This document shows positions 1-13,244 of a stretch of DNA of 64,000 bases, in pieces (within the stretch, counting starts at the first letter, position 1; every line of letters starts with the position of its first letter). The translations under genes were made by a program, and so were the position numbers. Source of the stretch: Eledone cirrhosa. Its lineage: Eukaryota. The notes below the pieces were generated by a model. It was not told the origin of the DNA and made no database searches. It saw only the letters and a list, made by a program, of their open reading frames with translations. Location: assembly GCA_964016885.1 (NCBI GenBank), contig OZ024740.1, positions 259,532,001-259,596,000 on the forward strand, in the 5' to 3' direction.

Positions 1-644
<644 letters not shown>

Positions 645-646
<2 letters not shown>

Positions 647-1052
647 TGTTATACTTTGGGAGGGTCATGTTGCCAATAAGAAACACACGCACCAGTTGCT
701 TTCACTTCAATTTATTATATATTTATAAATTTATAAATTTACAAATCTACAAACTTATAAATTTCTGGTTGGTTGGTTGGTTCCACAACCAGATAGTTGT
801 TTATATATAGTCATAGTCCTTTCGTCACACACTCTGTGACCTCTTCAGTGACTGGGGATTCCTTTCTTTGTTTCAGAAATTTATAAGTTTGTAGATTTGT
901 AAATTTATAAATTTATAAATATATAATAAATTGAAGTGAAAGCAACTGGTGCGTGTGTTTCTTATTGGCAACATGACCCTCCCAAAGTATAACAATATCG
1001 GTTTCAACACACGATTTCAGATAAAGAATCTTGCTAAACAAATTCAGAAACG
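645..1052. mobile_element. Penelope-like element pLTR fragment with inverted duplication
   Basis: Arms ~645-766 and ~873-996 are reverse complements. The sequence is nearly identical to the 3' tail (4481-4735) of the Penelope-like element at 4481-6423. Confidence 0.85.
809..853 (-). ncRNA. Minimal type I hammerhead ribozyme
   Basis: Minus strand reads AGUCA-CUGAAGA-G-GUCACA(gagug)UGUGAC-GAAA-G(ga)C-UA^UGACU. Core, stem I and stem II are intact, and stem III is very short. Confidence 0.8.
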
Positions 1053-1084
1053 ACATATATATATATATATACGTATACATATAT

Positions 1085-2049
1085 CATCATCATCATCATC
1101 ATCAACGTTTAACGTCCGTGTTCCACGCTTGCATGGGTTTGGACGGGCGTTTTCCCACTTGAGGCAAGAGTGATTGTCTTGCTCGCATAGGACTGTCTGG
1201 CGGGTTTTCTACAGCTGGATGCCCTTCCTAACACCAACCACATTTACAGTGTGGGGCTGGGAGGTTTTTACCGTGTTGCCTACACGGCCACATTACAGCG
1301 TGGACTGTCTGGCGGGTTTTCTACAGCTGGATGCCCTTCCTAACACCAACCACATTTACAGTGTGGGTCTGGGAGGTTTTTACCGTGTTGCCTACACGGC
1401 CACATTACAGCGTGGGCTGTGTGTTTTTTTGTCGTGACACCTACACGATCTCATTTGTTTCGGCCTGGATGGTGTGGCACCAACATAACTTTACATAGAA
1501 GGGGGCGGTGTGGATGGGGTGGGGGTGGTGGGACGAGGGTGTATTTGTTAGAGATGCCTACTGACTGTAGTAGGTTTTACTATGTATTTAGGTAAGGCGG
1601 GTCTTCTCTATTACTGAGTACCGCCAAAGGTCTCGGTCCAGTGACATTGTCTTGGAGAGGTGTAAGTGTGTGAGGTCGGAGTTTATCAGCTCGTCCCAGG
1701 TTTTTCTAGGTCTGCCTATTCCGTGGCTACCGTCTATCTTTATTGCCCTGCACTTTGTTATACAGCTATCGACTTTCATGCGCATCACGTGTCCATACCA
1801 ACGTAGCCTTCTCTCGAGTAAACAACATCCGATCCCTCTTATTTCTAATTTTTTCCTTAGTTCGTTTATGCTTTGCCGTTCACGTATATTACTATTACAC
1901 ATCCAGCGGAGCATGCAAGCTTCGTTCCTCTCTAGTCTGCGTATATCCTCTGCACACAATGCCCAGGTCTCACTGCCATGCAACATTGCTGTTCGTATGC
2001 AGGCATCATACAACCTGCCTTTCATTTTTAGGGAGAACCCTTTAGCGGC
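1085..2049 (-). mobile_element. 5'-truncated RTE-clade LINE (RT C-terminus, 3' tail and (GAT)n)
   Basis: Encodes [20 protein letters not shown]...[12 protein letters not shown]...GRPRKTW. Near-identical to 15520-16485, and the tail carries a ~92-bp tandem duplication. Confidence 0.92.
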
Positions 2050-2175
2050 TAATATACATGTATATATACATATATACATATATACATATATACATATATT
2101 TATATATATATATACATATATACATATATTTATATATATATATACATATATACATATATATATATACATATATAC

Positions 2176-2206
<31 letters not shown>

Positions 2207-3067
2207 CAGGGTGCTGACGATATTTGTTCGCAATTTTCATCTGCTAATTTTATGCAAATTTTTTTTACTTACAGTCACTCTTGTCTTCATAAAAACAGTG
2301 ACTATATTTCCATTATTTATTTTCAGAATAATTGATTATGAATAATTTTGAACCTCCAAATTTTTGGAAGAGACACGGAGTTCTTTTTGGAATCCGCGCC
2401 AGAAGGACAAATAAGACCAGAAGATCAACTCCCAGAACAACAGGTGGCTCGCTGTCTCATCCAAAGACGTGCCCAGAGTCATGCAGACAAAGTTTCCAGC
2501 GACAACATTGGTCTTAGGTGTCGTCAGCAGTCAAGGTGACGTCATGCCACCTCACTTCTTCAAGCTGAACACCGATGGCTACATCCGCGTTCTGAGCGAG
2601 GTAGTAAAGCCCTGGATCGACCAGGTAGCTGCAGGTAAGCCGTACGTGTGGCAGCAAGACTCAGCGCCCTGCCATACCAGCCGAAAGGCTCAAGCCTGGA
2701 TGTCAGAGAACTTCGTCGACCACACTTCACCTGACATCTCGCCTCCCAGCTCGCTTGACTGCAACCCCCTCGACTTCTTTGTGTAGGGCGCAGTGGAACG
2801 AGACACCAACAGATCTAGCTGCAATACGAAAGACGATCTGAAGGCCAGGATTACAAGTGCCTTTAGGGGCCTAAGTTGAGGGACAATGACGAAGGCCTGT
2901 AGCCGGTTTCGAGGCCGTCATCAAAGCCAATGGTGGGTTTATCGAGTGACATCAAAAGAACACGTCATGAAGACAAACTGACCCAAGTTTGATAAATATA
3001 TCTTAAAAAATAAAACTACTGTGTTATTTTTTCCTAGACAGTAATCTTGCAAACAGATAGCGGCCGC

Positions 3068-3072
<5 letters not shown>
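2207..3072 (+). mobile_element. Tc1/mariner-superfamily transposon relic, DD37D (maT) type
   Basis: WQQDSAPCH...SLDCNPLD with 37 residues between the last two Asp. CAGGGTGC...GCACCCT termini lie within TA tracts. Internally deleted, with stops. Confidence 0.85.
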
Positions 3073-3134
<62 letters not shown>

Positions 3135-3160
3135 TTATATATATACATATATATAATATA

Positions 3161-3204
<44 letters not shown>

Positions 3205-3210
<6 letters not shown>

Positions 3211-4240
3211 TATCATCATCATCATCACCATCATTTTACGTCCGCTCTTCCCTGCTTGCAAGGGTGGGACGGGTCTTATTCAGCGCAGCATCAATCCACT
3301 TGTCACGGTCCTTCGTCATCTCCACCGTGAGCTTCAACGATCTGAGGTCTGTTCTCACCACCTCCGGCCATGTTTTTCGTGGTCTACATCTACCACGTCT
3401 TCCTTCAACTGGCATTTCCTGGCACTTCTTCATCCTCCATGCGCATCACATGTCCATAACACCTCAGTCTCGTCTCCCGTACACTACATTCTATCCCTCT
3501 CAGACACAGTTTCTCTCTCAACACATTCATGCTGGGTCGTTCACGCACATTGACACTGCACATCCAACAGAGCATGCTTGCCTCATTTCTCTCCAGCCGT
3601 CGCATATCCTCTGCAGTTGCTGCCCATGTCTCACTACCATGCAGCATCGCGCTCCTCACACAGTCATCATTCAACCGGCCTTTCGTATGCAGGGAGAAAC
3701 CCTTCTTCGTCAGTAGATGAAGCAGCTCCCTAAAATTCTTCCAACCCTTCCTTATTCTAGATACTATGGCCTCGGAACACCCTCCTCCCATGCTAATCTG
3801 ATCGCCTAGGTACCGGAAGCTATCCACTACTTCTATAGCTCCCTCCTGCATTTGAAAAATGTGTCTATCAATGCGACTTCTACTGTCTAATTTCCCTGTA
3901 CATCTACTGCATACATATTTCTCCCTACCTGTTAGTTTGCCTGCTATCCCGCTACATCTCTTGTGTACCCAGAATCTGCATTGTGTGCATTTTATAGAAT
4001 TTATGCCAGTTCCTTTTCTGCATATCGAACATGGCCATTTCCCTCATGGTATCAGAGTTTTGTCCTCTTTGCTACTCATCAACACTTTTGTCTTAGCTAG
4101 GTTCACTCTCAGTCCTCTTGCTTCCAACTGCTGTTTCCATAGCCAGAATTTATTCTCTAGCTCCTCTACTGATTCTGCTATAAGAACCAGATCGTCAGCA
4201 TAGAGAAGTTCCCATGGACAGCCAGTCTTAAACTCCTGTT
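3205..4240 (-). mobile_element. 5'-truncated RTE-clade LINE
   Basis: ELLYADDLVLIA RT motif, Cys-rich insert and [15 protein letters not shown]. Same family as 36047-38288. Confidence 0.9.
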
Positions 4241-4335
4241 TACATATATATATATATAACGAAGGAATTGTGGTAAGGAACCAGATAGACCATAACGCAC
4301 CAAAGTACTCAATACTTAGGGTAGTAGAGTGGGTA

Positions 4336-4446
4336 ATAGGAACAAGTATGACCCCGACGGCAGAGCTCAAGCCATTTCGACGGCTATTTCAGTCCAGAAA
4401 TAGCCGTCGAAACGGCTTGAGCTCTGCCATCGTGGTCATACTTGTT

Positions 4447-4451
<5 letters not shown>
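4336..4451. repeat. Near-perfect 55-bp-arm hairpin containing the 3' half of a hammerhead
   Basis: Arms 4336-4390 and 4397-4451, loop AGTCCA. Each arm reads GAAA-YGGC(ttgagctct)GCCR-TC. Confidence 0.85.
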
Positions 4452-4480
<29 letters not shown>

Positions 4481-4481
<1 letters not shown>

Positions 4482-6423
4482 CGTTTCTGAATTTGTTTAG
4501 CAAGATTCTTTATCTGAAAACGTGTGTTGAAACCGATATTGTTATACTTTGGGAGGGTCATGTTGCCAATAAGAAACACACGCACCAGTTGCTTTCACTT
4601 CAATTTATTATAATAAATTTATAAATTTCCGGTTGGTTGGTTGGTTCCACAACCAGATGGTTGTTTATATATTGTCAAAGTTCTTTCGTCACACATTCTG
4701 TGACCTCTTCAGTGACTGGGGATTCTTTTCTTTGTTTTTGTGCTTCTCCTTTGTTCTGTCCTACGCCATCTTGTTTCTGTGTGTGTGTTGTGTGCTCAGT
4801 TTGCGCATGCGCCACATCCGGGTGTCTGTGTGTGTTTATATTCGTTTATTTATTTGTTTATTTACATGTTACAGGTTGGTTGTTTGTTCTATGTGCGCGT
4901 GTGTTTTCATTTTGTCTTTAATTGTAAGTTGTGATGTTGCTGTTCCACTCATGTTTTCTATTTAATTTTGGTTGTAATTCTTTTATGTTTATTGCCTCTG
5001 TGATTTGTCTAAACATTGCGTCTTTTCTGTGTGTAGATTCTATTTTTATTTCTATGTTCTCTAATTTACCCTTATGTTCTATTTTAGCATGTTGGTAGAG
5101 TACAGATGATTCTTTACTATCTTGAAGGTCTCTCCAGTGTTCATTTATCCGTTTCCCTACACTACGAGCTGTCTCACCTATGTACACTATATTTTTGTCT
5201 CTACATTGTCCTTCAGTACATCTTATGCTATATACTACATTTCTAGTTTTACAGTTAATATGGGGGCTTAATTTACAGGTTATACATTTCTTATCTATAC
5301 AGGTGGGTCTTTGAAAAGGCTATGTATTGCTAATAAGTGTTTTTATGGAGGTACCTGGTCTTTCTACTATCTTAATATTGAGTTTATGTTTATCTAGGGC
5401 CCTTCTAAATTTGTAAGCTAATTCACCTCTAGGGGTTGTATCGATGAACATTACACTCTGGTATTTATTGCTATCATACCATGAGTTTATTCTATTAGCC
5501 TTATTGCTAGTTCTTTCTATTCTATTCCAAAATTTGCTCCTATACAAGGGGCAGGTCCCATTTGTGTCATTATTTACCATTTTTTCCCATTTGGTTCTGG
5601 CTCTTCTATACACTCTGATTTTATCTCTCTGATTGTAACCAGTGAACTGCATACGGTGGATGAAGTGTTGTATGTGTCTCTCTAGTTCTTCGGGGTTGCT
5701 CATGTGGGACACGTTTCTCATCACCCGTACCAAATCCGCAGTCAGTATGTTGATTTTGGTATGGTTCGAAACAGCTGAGTTTCGGTGGATCAGATATTTG
5801 GAAGTCATAGGCTTGGCATAATGGGAATGGAGGATTTGTTTTTTGTTATTAATGGTATCTAACCAGAGCTCTGTGTCTAGTACAGGTAATCGATGGTTGG
5901 GGTGTTTGCTTGGGTAGTCTATAGTAACTCTAATACTCTGGTGGATGGAGTTAGCTATTTGCTGGATGCTTTCCATTGTGTTTTTCTCTAATTCCTGACT
6001 GTTCTCTAGTGGGGGTGTTTTAACTACGATGTTTATATCATCAAGGTAGCGGGAGTACATTATCAGGGTTAAAGGGTTAATTGTTCTTTAAGTTTAAGTT
6101 TAAGTCTACTGTCCCACCATACCATGAATAATTTAGCTATGTCGCCTGCAATGCTAACACCAATGGCTGCTCCCTCCTCTTGGGCATATGTTTTTCCATT
6201 AAATTTGAACATATGTTCCTTAAGGGTTAATTTTATGCTGGCTCCCACCGCATGTGCAATCATTTTCTTTAGTTCATCGTGGTTTTCGGGGGTCCGTATG
6301 GCTCTGGTCCGCCCGTTCCATCTATCATTGTGGGTTTTCTTGGCCATTGAGGTAATGGTAGGTGGTCTGCCTCTTCCTGGTCTTGTAGGGCACAGGTTGC
6401 TAAGGTCATATGTGTCTAAATAA
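4481..6423 (-). mobile_element. 5'-truncated Penelope-like retroelement (RT and GIY-YIG), disrupted
   Basis: QEEGAAIG, YSRYLDDI, LPVLD, Cys-rich linker, NVVYSIRC...VYIGETARS..KRINEH. One frameshift (~6065) and one in-frame TAG (5320-5322). The 3' tail carries an HHR. Confidence 0.9.
4674..4716 (-). ncRNA. Minimal type I hammerhead ribozyme in the PLE 3' tail
   Basis: GUCA-CUGAAGA-G-GUCACA(gaa)UGUGUGAC-GAAA-G(aa)C-UU^UGAC, sense to the PLE ORF. Confidence 0.8.
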
Positions 6424-7065
6424 TTAAAAGACTTAAACATCAGCTTCTCCATGCACTGGGATATTGTCGGCAGGGCTGCACCATACAACTTCAAGAGGAA
6501 GTGCGATCTTTGCCTCATGGAGCTCTACCACATCATAACTGCATCCCACGAGCTCATCAACAGCAGAACTGAAACGACGATAAGTTGTACACCGCTTAAA
6601 AATATCCTTCTTCCGATGGATTAAGGATGAGGAGTGAAACCGTTTACCGGGTCTCCCTGCAACAAGCTTTAACACCCCGGCGGGCAGGCGCTGCAAAAAA
6701 AACACCCAGGAAACTAACCATGCATCCCAGACCCAGCCAAGCAGGTGCGGCAAATAAGCGTTGATTACATGACCCTCTGCGTATCGACAATGGTAAGGTT
6801 GTAACCACATCTTGTAACGGATAAAAAATTTGTCCGGGAAAGACTGCCCTAACACCGGCCAGAGTTACCTCCCTTGACCTACTGCTTTTTTTGCGAAGAC
6901 TGAATCATGACGTGAACTTAACGCCAAAAACACTTTCCGAGCAATGTAAGGAACACTTCTGGTTATTTATGCTCTTGACAAGCCCAACTGGGTGAAACGT
7001 ACGTAGGTGCTGTTTTAAATAAACATGTTTTAACGGTCTGTTCTCCGATTTCTTACTTTTCCACG
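6424..7065 (+). mobile_element. 3' fragment of a Naiad-like Penelope element (GIY-YIG C-terminus and tail)
   Basis: 6424-6624 translates LKDLNISFSMHWDIVGRAAPYNFKRKCDLCLMELYHII...LINSRTE..C, aligning with the 18040-18383 fragment. Not shown in the ORF track. Confidence 0.7.
6971..7010 (+). ncRNA. Degenerate minimal hammerhead
   Basis: GCUC-UUGACAA-GCCC(aacu)GGGU-GAAA-CGUACG-UA. Palindromic stem III, core differs from CUGANGA at two positions. Confidence 0.55.
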
Positions 7066-7132
7066 TATATATATATATATATATATTATGGAATACTGTT
7101 GGCTTTTCGCTGCAATGTTTTCTATACCTTTC

Positions 7133-7187
<55 letters not shown>

Positions 7188-7274
7188 GTATATATATATG
7201 TATATGTATATATATATGTATATATATATATATACATATATATATGTATATATATATATACATATATATACATA

Positions 7275-7365
<91 letters not shown>

Positions 7366-7367
<2 letters not shown>

Positions 7368-7690
7368 AGGCACATGGCTTCGTGGTTAGAGCATTGGCCT
7401 TGCAATCGAAAGGTTGGGAGTTCAATTCTCAGACCGGCTGATGTGTTGTTTCCTTGAGCAAGACACTTTATTTAACATTGCTCCAGTTTACTCAACTGTA
7501 GAAATGAGATGAGAGGGACTGGGTTCCCTATTATTCCACTGCAAAGTGGACGTGTAGGCGCCACGGCAAAAAAGCACCCAGCACTCACTGTAAATAAGGT
7601 TCGTGTTAGGAAGGGCATCCAGCTGTAAAAATCAAGCCAGAATCAGTTCCCGTCCCACCCTTGCAAGCAGGGAAAAGCGGACGTAAAATG
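7366..7690 (+). mobile_element. tRNA-derived SINE with RTE-derived 3' tail
   Basis: A box TGGCTTCGTGG, B box GTTCAATTC, tail CCCACCCTTGCAAGCAGGGAAAAGCGGACGTAAAATG. Several copies in the window. Confidence 0.9.
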
Positions 7691-7892
7691 AAATGAAAAT
7701 GAATGAAATGAATATATATATACATACATATATATATATGTATATATATACATATATATATATGTATATATATACATATATATATATGTATATATATACA
7801 TATATACATATGTATATATATATATGTATATATATACATATATATATATATATGTATATATATATATGTATATATATACATATATATATATG

Positions 7893-7966
<74 letters not shown>

Positions 7967-8030
7967 CATATATATATATATACATGTATATATATATACA
8001 TATATATATGTATATATATATATATGTATA

Positions 8031-8909
8031 TATTGGTAAACGGAATAGAAAATGCTGACAAATTGTTCACAGTTGAAAAATGGTTTAATTAGGAATAAAA
8101 GAGTATTAGTGATTGTATGGGTTAGTATTCAGTTGTGGTTCGGTTGCGCATTTCTAAATGCTTTTCAAAAATAATTTTGAGATAGAGTGTCCGTGCTGTT
8201 TGCTCTGATCTGATTAGTTTTGGGAATTCTACCTGTTTTTATGTTAAAAAAATGGCTCCAGCGTTATTTTTGTGTTGTAAAAATGCTTGTGGTCAAAACA
8301 ATTTTGATTGGTCGGTAGAGGTCATGTGAATGTAAAAAGTTGATTTTGCGCCAAGACTGTTTTTATGTTAAAATGTTAGAAAAGTGGCTCCAGCAAAAAT
8401 TATGGTCAAAACAATTTTGATTGGTCGGTAGAGGTCATGTGGATAAAAAATTGGTTTTGCGCCAAGATTGAGAAATGACTCTTTCACGACAAATGTGTGT
8501 GTGTGTGTGTGTGTGTGTGTAGTAGTAGTAGTAGTAAGGTGTTCGATGCTGCGACAATAGCCACCAGCGATGTGTGTCAAATGGCTATTAAGATAAGTGT
8601 GTGTGTGTGTGTGTGTGTGTGTGCGTACATACACACAGCAGAGTCATTCGAAGGTCAAAAGATATTTTTCAGCTTTTGTCTTATACGGAGAAGTGCGTGT
8701 GTGTGTGTGTGTGTATAAGTCTCTTTGTATGTTGATGTACGCGTGTGTATGTGTTTGTGTATATATGTGTGTGTGTGCGTGTGTGGGTGGACCAGTATTT
8801 TTTTCCCCCCTGGTAAAATGGTGTACATTATTCGATTTTTTCAGTAAAATCGGTTCTCTTAATAGAACATCAACAATCTTAACAATAAAAGGTGTGAAAT
8901 GATATTCAC

Positions 8910-8942
<33 letters not shown>

Positions 8943-11530
8943 TATATATATATATTTTCACTACATATATATATATATATATATATACATATATACATAT
9001 ATATGCACATATATTTTTTTGTATTGCACCATAGAGCATGTGTGTTTACGTGTGTCATTGTGTTTATATGTGGGTAGAGATGTGTGCTGATGTAGGTATG
9101 TATGTTGACGTGTGTATGTTGTGGGTTCGTCTTAGGGAGAAGTGTTTAGACGGGGTCCGTATTTGTTAATGAAGTAAGATTCCTTGCTGATGCGCTGGGT
9201 GTGGGTGGCATTATCTTTAAATTTGTAGAGGGGAAAGATTCTGAAGTTGGGATGATTTTGGGCGGCGCAGGTATCAATGTGTTCACTCAGTGGTATTTTC
9301 CTGTATTCCCGTATTTTAATTTGGGATCTATGGACAGTCATGCGTTGGCGGAGGCTGTTTTTGGTCTGGCCTATGTATTGTTCTCGACAACCTGAACAAG
9401 TTAATACATATATTAAATTTTCCGATGCACATGTGAAATTGTGTTTTACTATAAAACGTTGTCCATCTTTGAAATAGAATTCCGAACCCTCTATTAGGTT
9501 GATGCAAATGCCACAGTTGGGTCTATCGCATTTTTTTACTGTGGGTTTCGTTGTTGTGGTTGGCAGTACTTTGGCATGTGTTAAGATGTTTTTCATTGAC
9601 TTGGATTGTCTTTTGCTCTTTATGATATCGTGTGTTCGTAGAATTTGGTTCATTCTATGGTCCTTTTTCAATACAGGGATGTTCTGGAGGATGGTGTCAA
9701 AGGCCTCGTTGTTGAGGGGGTTGTGTGTGGAGATGTATGGAAGAGCTTTTAGTTTTGGTTGATTTACTTTAGGGTGTCTAAGGTCCTGGGTACTGAGTTT
9801 TAGGGCACGTTGGATTCCATTGTCAATTAGTGATGCAGGGTAGTCCCTGCCTATGAGTGTGTCCTTTAGTTCTTGTAGCCGTAAGTAGCAGATGTTTTTA
9901 TTGGAGACTATAGTACAGATTCTCTTGGCTAAGTTGTAGGGAATATTAATTTTAACGTGTCTAGGGTGGCAAGAGTTGAAGGGGAGGTATTGCTTGGAGT
10001 CTGTGGGCTTGTAGTATATGTCTGTTTCTATTTTTTTGTTATGGATCTTAATGAGGATGTCGAGGAAGGGGAGTTGTTGATGGCTGTATTCCATCGTGAA
10101 GTTAATATTTGTGTTGTGCCCATTTATAAGGGTGTGAAATTCTTTAAGTTTTTCGATGTTTTCGTGCCAAAGGATGAAGCAGTCATCAAGATATCGCTTC
10201 CAGTTCCTTTCAATGTGTAAGTGGAGGGTGTTTCCAAATTTGTTTAGGACTTTAGTGTAGAGGGTGATTTCCAGGTATCCCATGACTAGGTTGGCATACG
10301 TAGGGGCTGTTTTCGTTCCCATAGCGGTCCCAGATTTCTGCCTGTAGGGTTTGTTATTGAAAACGAAGTAATTGTTCTCCAAGATAAATTTGAGTCCCTC
10401 TATCACAAATTCTTTTTTGATGCGTTGTGGGAGTTCATTGTGGAAGTTATCCAGCCAGAATTGGATAGCTTCTATTCCTAGGTTGTGGGGGATGTTGGAG
10501 TATAGGTTGACTACATCGAACGTCACTAGTAGGGTTTGTTCAGAAAGTGGCATATTAGGGAGGTGATTGAGCATATCTAGGTCGTCCCTTATATAGCTTT
10601 TGATGTGCTTGAGGAAGGGTTTGAGAAGGGTATCAATGAAGTTGCTAAGACGGTGCGTTTCGCAAGCGGGGCCTGCTATTATAGGTCTTAATTTGAGATC
10701 ATTGGGTGAGGGGACATTGATGACTATGTCTGTGGCTTCCTTGCATGCCTTACTGATTGATTCGCTTTTATGTACTTTAGGGATACCGTAGAAAAGGCTG
10801 GATTTACTTGTGAAGTCTGTGATGAAGCTGAATTCCTTGTTAGTGAGTCCTTCTTTGTATTGGTTGATTAGAGTTTTTAGGTTTCTCATAATTTTCTGTT
10901 GATTGTAGTGTTCAGCCTTTTCGTAGTATGTTTCGTTTTCCAAAGTGGAGAGCGCTAAGTTGATATAGAATTCTGTCTCCATTAGGACTACTGTACTCCC
11001 TTTATCAGCCTCTTTAATTGTAATGGTTCTGTCGGTTTTTAATCTATTTAATTCTTCCCATTCTTTCTTGTTGAGGTTTGGCTTGTGTTTTTGTCTGTGC
11101 AAGTGTTGGTAAGGGAAGTTTGTGATGTGTTCACAGAATTCGTCCAGGATTTTATTTCTACCTTTTGAAGGGGTGTAATTGCTTCTATTTCTGGCTAATG
11201 ATTCATCCTCATTGTACTGGTCGAATAGTTGTTCACTAAGTCGTAACTTTCTACAGAAGTCTGTGATGTCTTCCTTCATTTCATAGTAGTTAGGACGTAG
11301 TGGGGTCGGTGTGAATTTAAGACCTTTGGAGAGTAAGTTGATAAGGTTGGGTGTTGGTTCTGCACTAGTAAGATTGATAATTTTTATTACTATCGGTTTC
11401 TCCTCCCTGTCTTGTGTTATTTTGTTTGCCTGTATCTGTGTGCTGTGTCTAAAAAATGGTTGGGGTAGAGGGGTTGTCTGCTGATGTTAAGTGGTCTCCT
11501 GTGCTTGTTATATTCCTTGTTGTTGTAAAA
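8031..11530 (-). mobile_element. Young Neptune-like Penelope element, main copy
   Basis: Contains the 715-aa ORF plus upstream in-frame LLSKGLKFTP. The ~1.1-kb 3' tail ends in a TA tract. Confidence 0.93.
9132..11279 (-). CDS. Penelope-like RT plus GIY-YIG endonuclease
   Basis: IKEADKG, FYGIPKVHK, LRPII, FDVVNLYSNI, QKSGTAMG, RYLDD, LPFLD, CDRPNCGIC linker, NLIYVLTCSGC-QYIGQT. The true start is probably upstream or lost. Confidence 0.93.
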   Translation of the reverse strand: MKEDITDFCRKLRLSEQLFDQYNEDESLARNRSNYTPSKGRNKILDEFCEHITNFPYQHLHRQKHKPNLNKKEWEELNRLKTDRTITIKEADKGSTVVLMETEFYINLALSTLENETYYEKAEHYNQQKIMRNLKTLINQYKEGLTNKEFSFITDFTSKSSLFYGIPKVHKSESISKACKEATDIVINVPSPNDLKLRPIIAGPACETHRLSNFIDTLLKPFLKHIKSYIRDDLDMLNHLPNMPLSEQTLLVTFDVVNLYSNIPHNLGIEAIQFWLDNFHNELPQRIKKEFVIEGLKFILENNYFVFNNKPYRQKSGTAMGTKTAPTYANLVMGYLEITLYTKVLNKFGNTLHLHIERNWKRYLDDCFILWHENIEKLKEFHTLINGHNTNINFTMEYSHQQLPFLDILIKIHNKKIETDIYYKPTDSKQYLPFNSCHPRHVKINIPYNLAKRICTIVSNKNICYLRLQELKDTLIGRDYPASLIDNGIQRALKLSTQDLRHPKVNQPKLKALPYISTHNPLNNEAFDTILQNIPVLKKDHRMNQILRTHDIIKSKRQSKSMKNILTHAKVLPTTTTKPTVKKCDRPNCGICINLIEGSEFYFKDGQRFIVKHNFTCASENLIYVLTCSGCREQYIGQTKNSLRQRMTVHRSQIKIREYRKIPLSEHIDTCAAQNHPNFRIFPLYKFKDNATHTQRISKESYFINKYGPRLNTSP

Positions 11531-12760
11531 TGCTTCATCCTTTGGCACGAAAACATTGAAAAACTTAAAGAATTTCACACCCTTATAAATGGGCTCAACA
11601 CAAATATTAACTTCACGATGGAATACAGCCATCAACAACTCCCCTTCCTCGACATCCTCATTAAGATCCATAACAAAAAAATAGAAACAGACATATACTA
11701 CAAGCCCACAGACTCCAAGCAATACCTCCCCTTCAACTCTTGCCACCCTAGACACGTTAAAATTAATATTCCCTACAACTTAGCCAAGAGAATCTGTACT
11801 ATAGTCTCCAATAAAAACATCTGCTACTTACGGCTACAAGAACTAAAGGACACACTCATAGGCAGGGACTACCCTGCATCACTAATTGACAATGGAATCC
11901 AACGTGCCCTAAAACTCAGTACCCAGGACCTTAGACACCCTAAAGTAAATCAACCAAAACTAAAAGCTCTTCCATACATCTCCACACACAACCCCCTCAA
12001 CAACGAGGCCTTTGACACCATCCTCCAGAACATCCCTGTATTGAAAAAGGACCATAGAATGAACCAAATTCTACGAACACACGATATCATAAAGAGCAAA
12101 AGACAATCCAAGTCAATGAAAAACATCTTAACACATGCCAAAGTACTGCCAACCACAACAACGAAACCCACAGTAAAAAAATGCGATAGACCCAACTGTG
12201 GCATTTGCATCAACCTAATAGAGGGTTCGGAATTCTATTTCAAAGATGGACAACGTTTTATAGTAAAACACAATTTCACATGTGCATCGGAAAATTTAAT
12301 ATATGTATTAACTTGTTCAGGTTGTCGAGAACAATACATAGGCCAGACCAAAAACAGCCTCCGCCAACGCATGACTGTCCATAGATCCCAAATTAAAATA
12401 CGGGAATACAGGAAAATACCACTGAGTGAACACATTGATACCTGCGCCGCCCAAAATCATCCCAACTTCAGAATCTTTCCCCTCTACAAATTTAAAGATA
12501 ATGCCACCCACACCCAGCGCATCAGCAAGGAATCTTACTTCATTAACAAATACGGACCCCGTCTAAACACTTCTCCCTAAGACGAACCCACAACATACAC
12601 ACGTCAACATACATACCTACATCAGCACACATCTCTACCCACATATAAACACAATGACACACGTAAACACACATGCTCTATGGTGCAATACAAAAAAATA
12701 TATGTGCATATATATGTATGTATATATGTATACATATATATATATATATATGTAGTGAAA

Positions 12761-12807
<47 letters not shown>

Positions 12808-12934
12808 GTGAATATCATTTCACACCTTTTATTGTTAAGATTGTTGATGTTCTATTAAGAGAACCGATTTTACTGAAAAAATCGAATAATGTACACCATT
12901 TTACCAGGGGGGAAAAAAATACTGGTCCACCCAC

Positions 12935-12971
<37 letters not shown>

Positions 12972-13212
12972 CACAAACACATACACATGCGTACATCAAC
13001 ATACAAAGAGACTTATACACACACACACACACACACACGCACTTCTCCGTATAAGACAAAAGCTGAAAAATATCTTTTGACCTTCGAATGACTCTGCTGT
13101 GTGTATGTACGCACACACACACACACACACACACACACTTATCTTAATAGCCATTTGACACACATCGCTGGTGGCTATTGTCGCAGCATCGAACACCTTA
13201 CTACTACTACTA

Positions 13213-13244
<32 letters not shown>

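Noticed and set aside
1190-1415. Direct repeats resembling CRISPR-like units
   Set aside because: Two-copy tandem duplication within an RTE 3' UTR, with no spacers, in a eukaryotic context.
6433-6855. 140-aa minus-strand ORF
   Set aside because: Antisense shadow of the Naiad-like fragment and its tail.
8050-8095. CTGACAA..GAAA hammerhead-like string at the PLE end
   Set aside because: Core G8 is missing, stem I does not pair properly, and it is antisense to the element.
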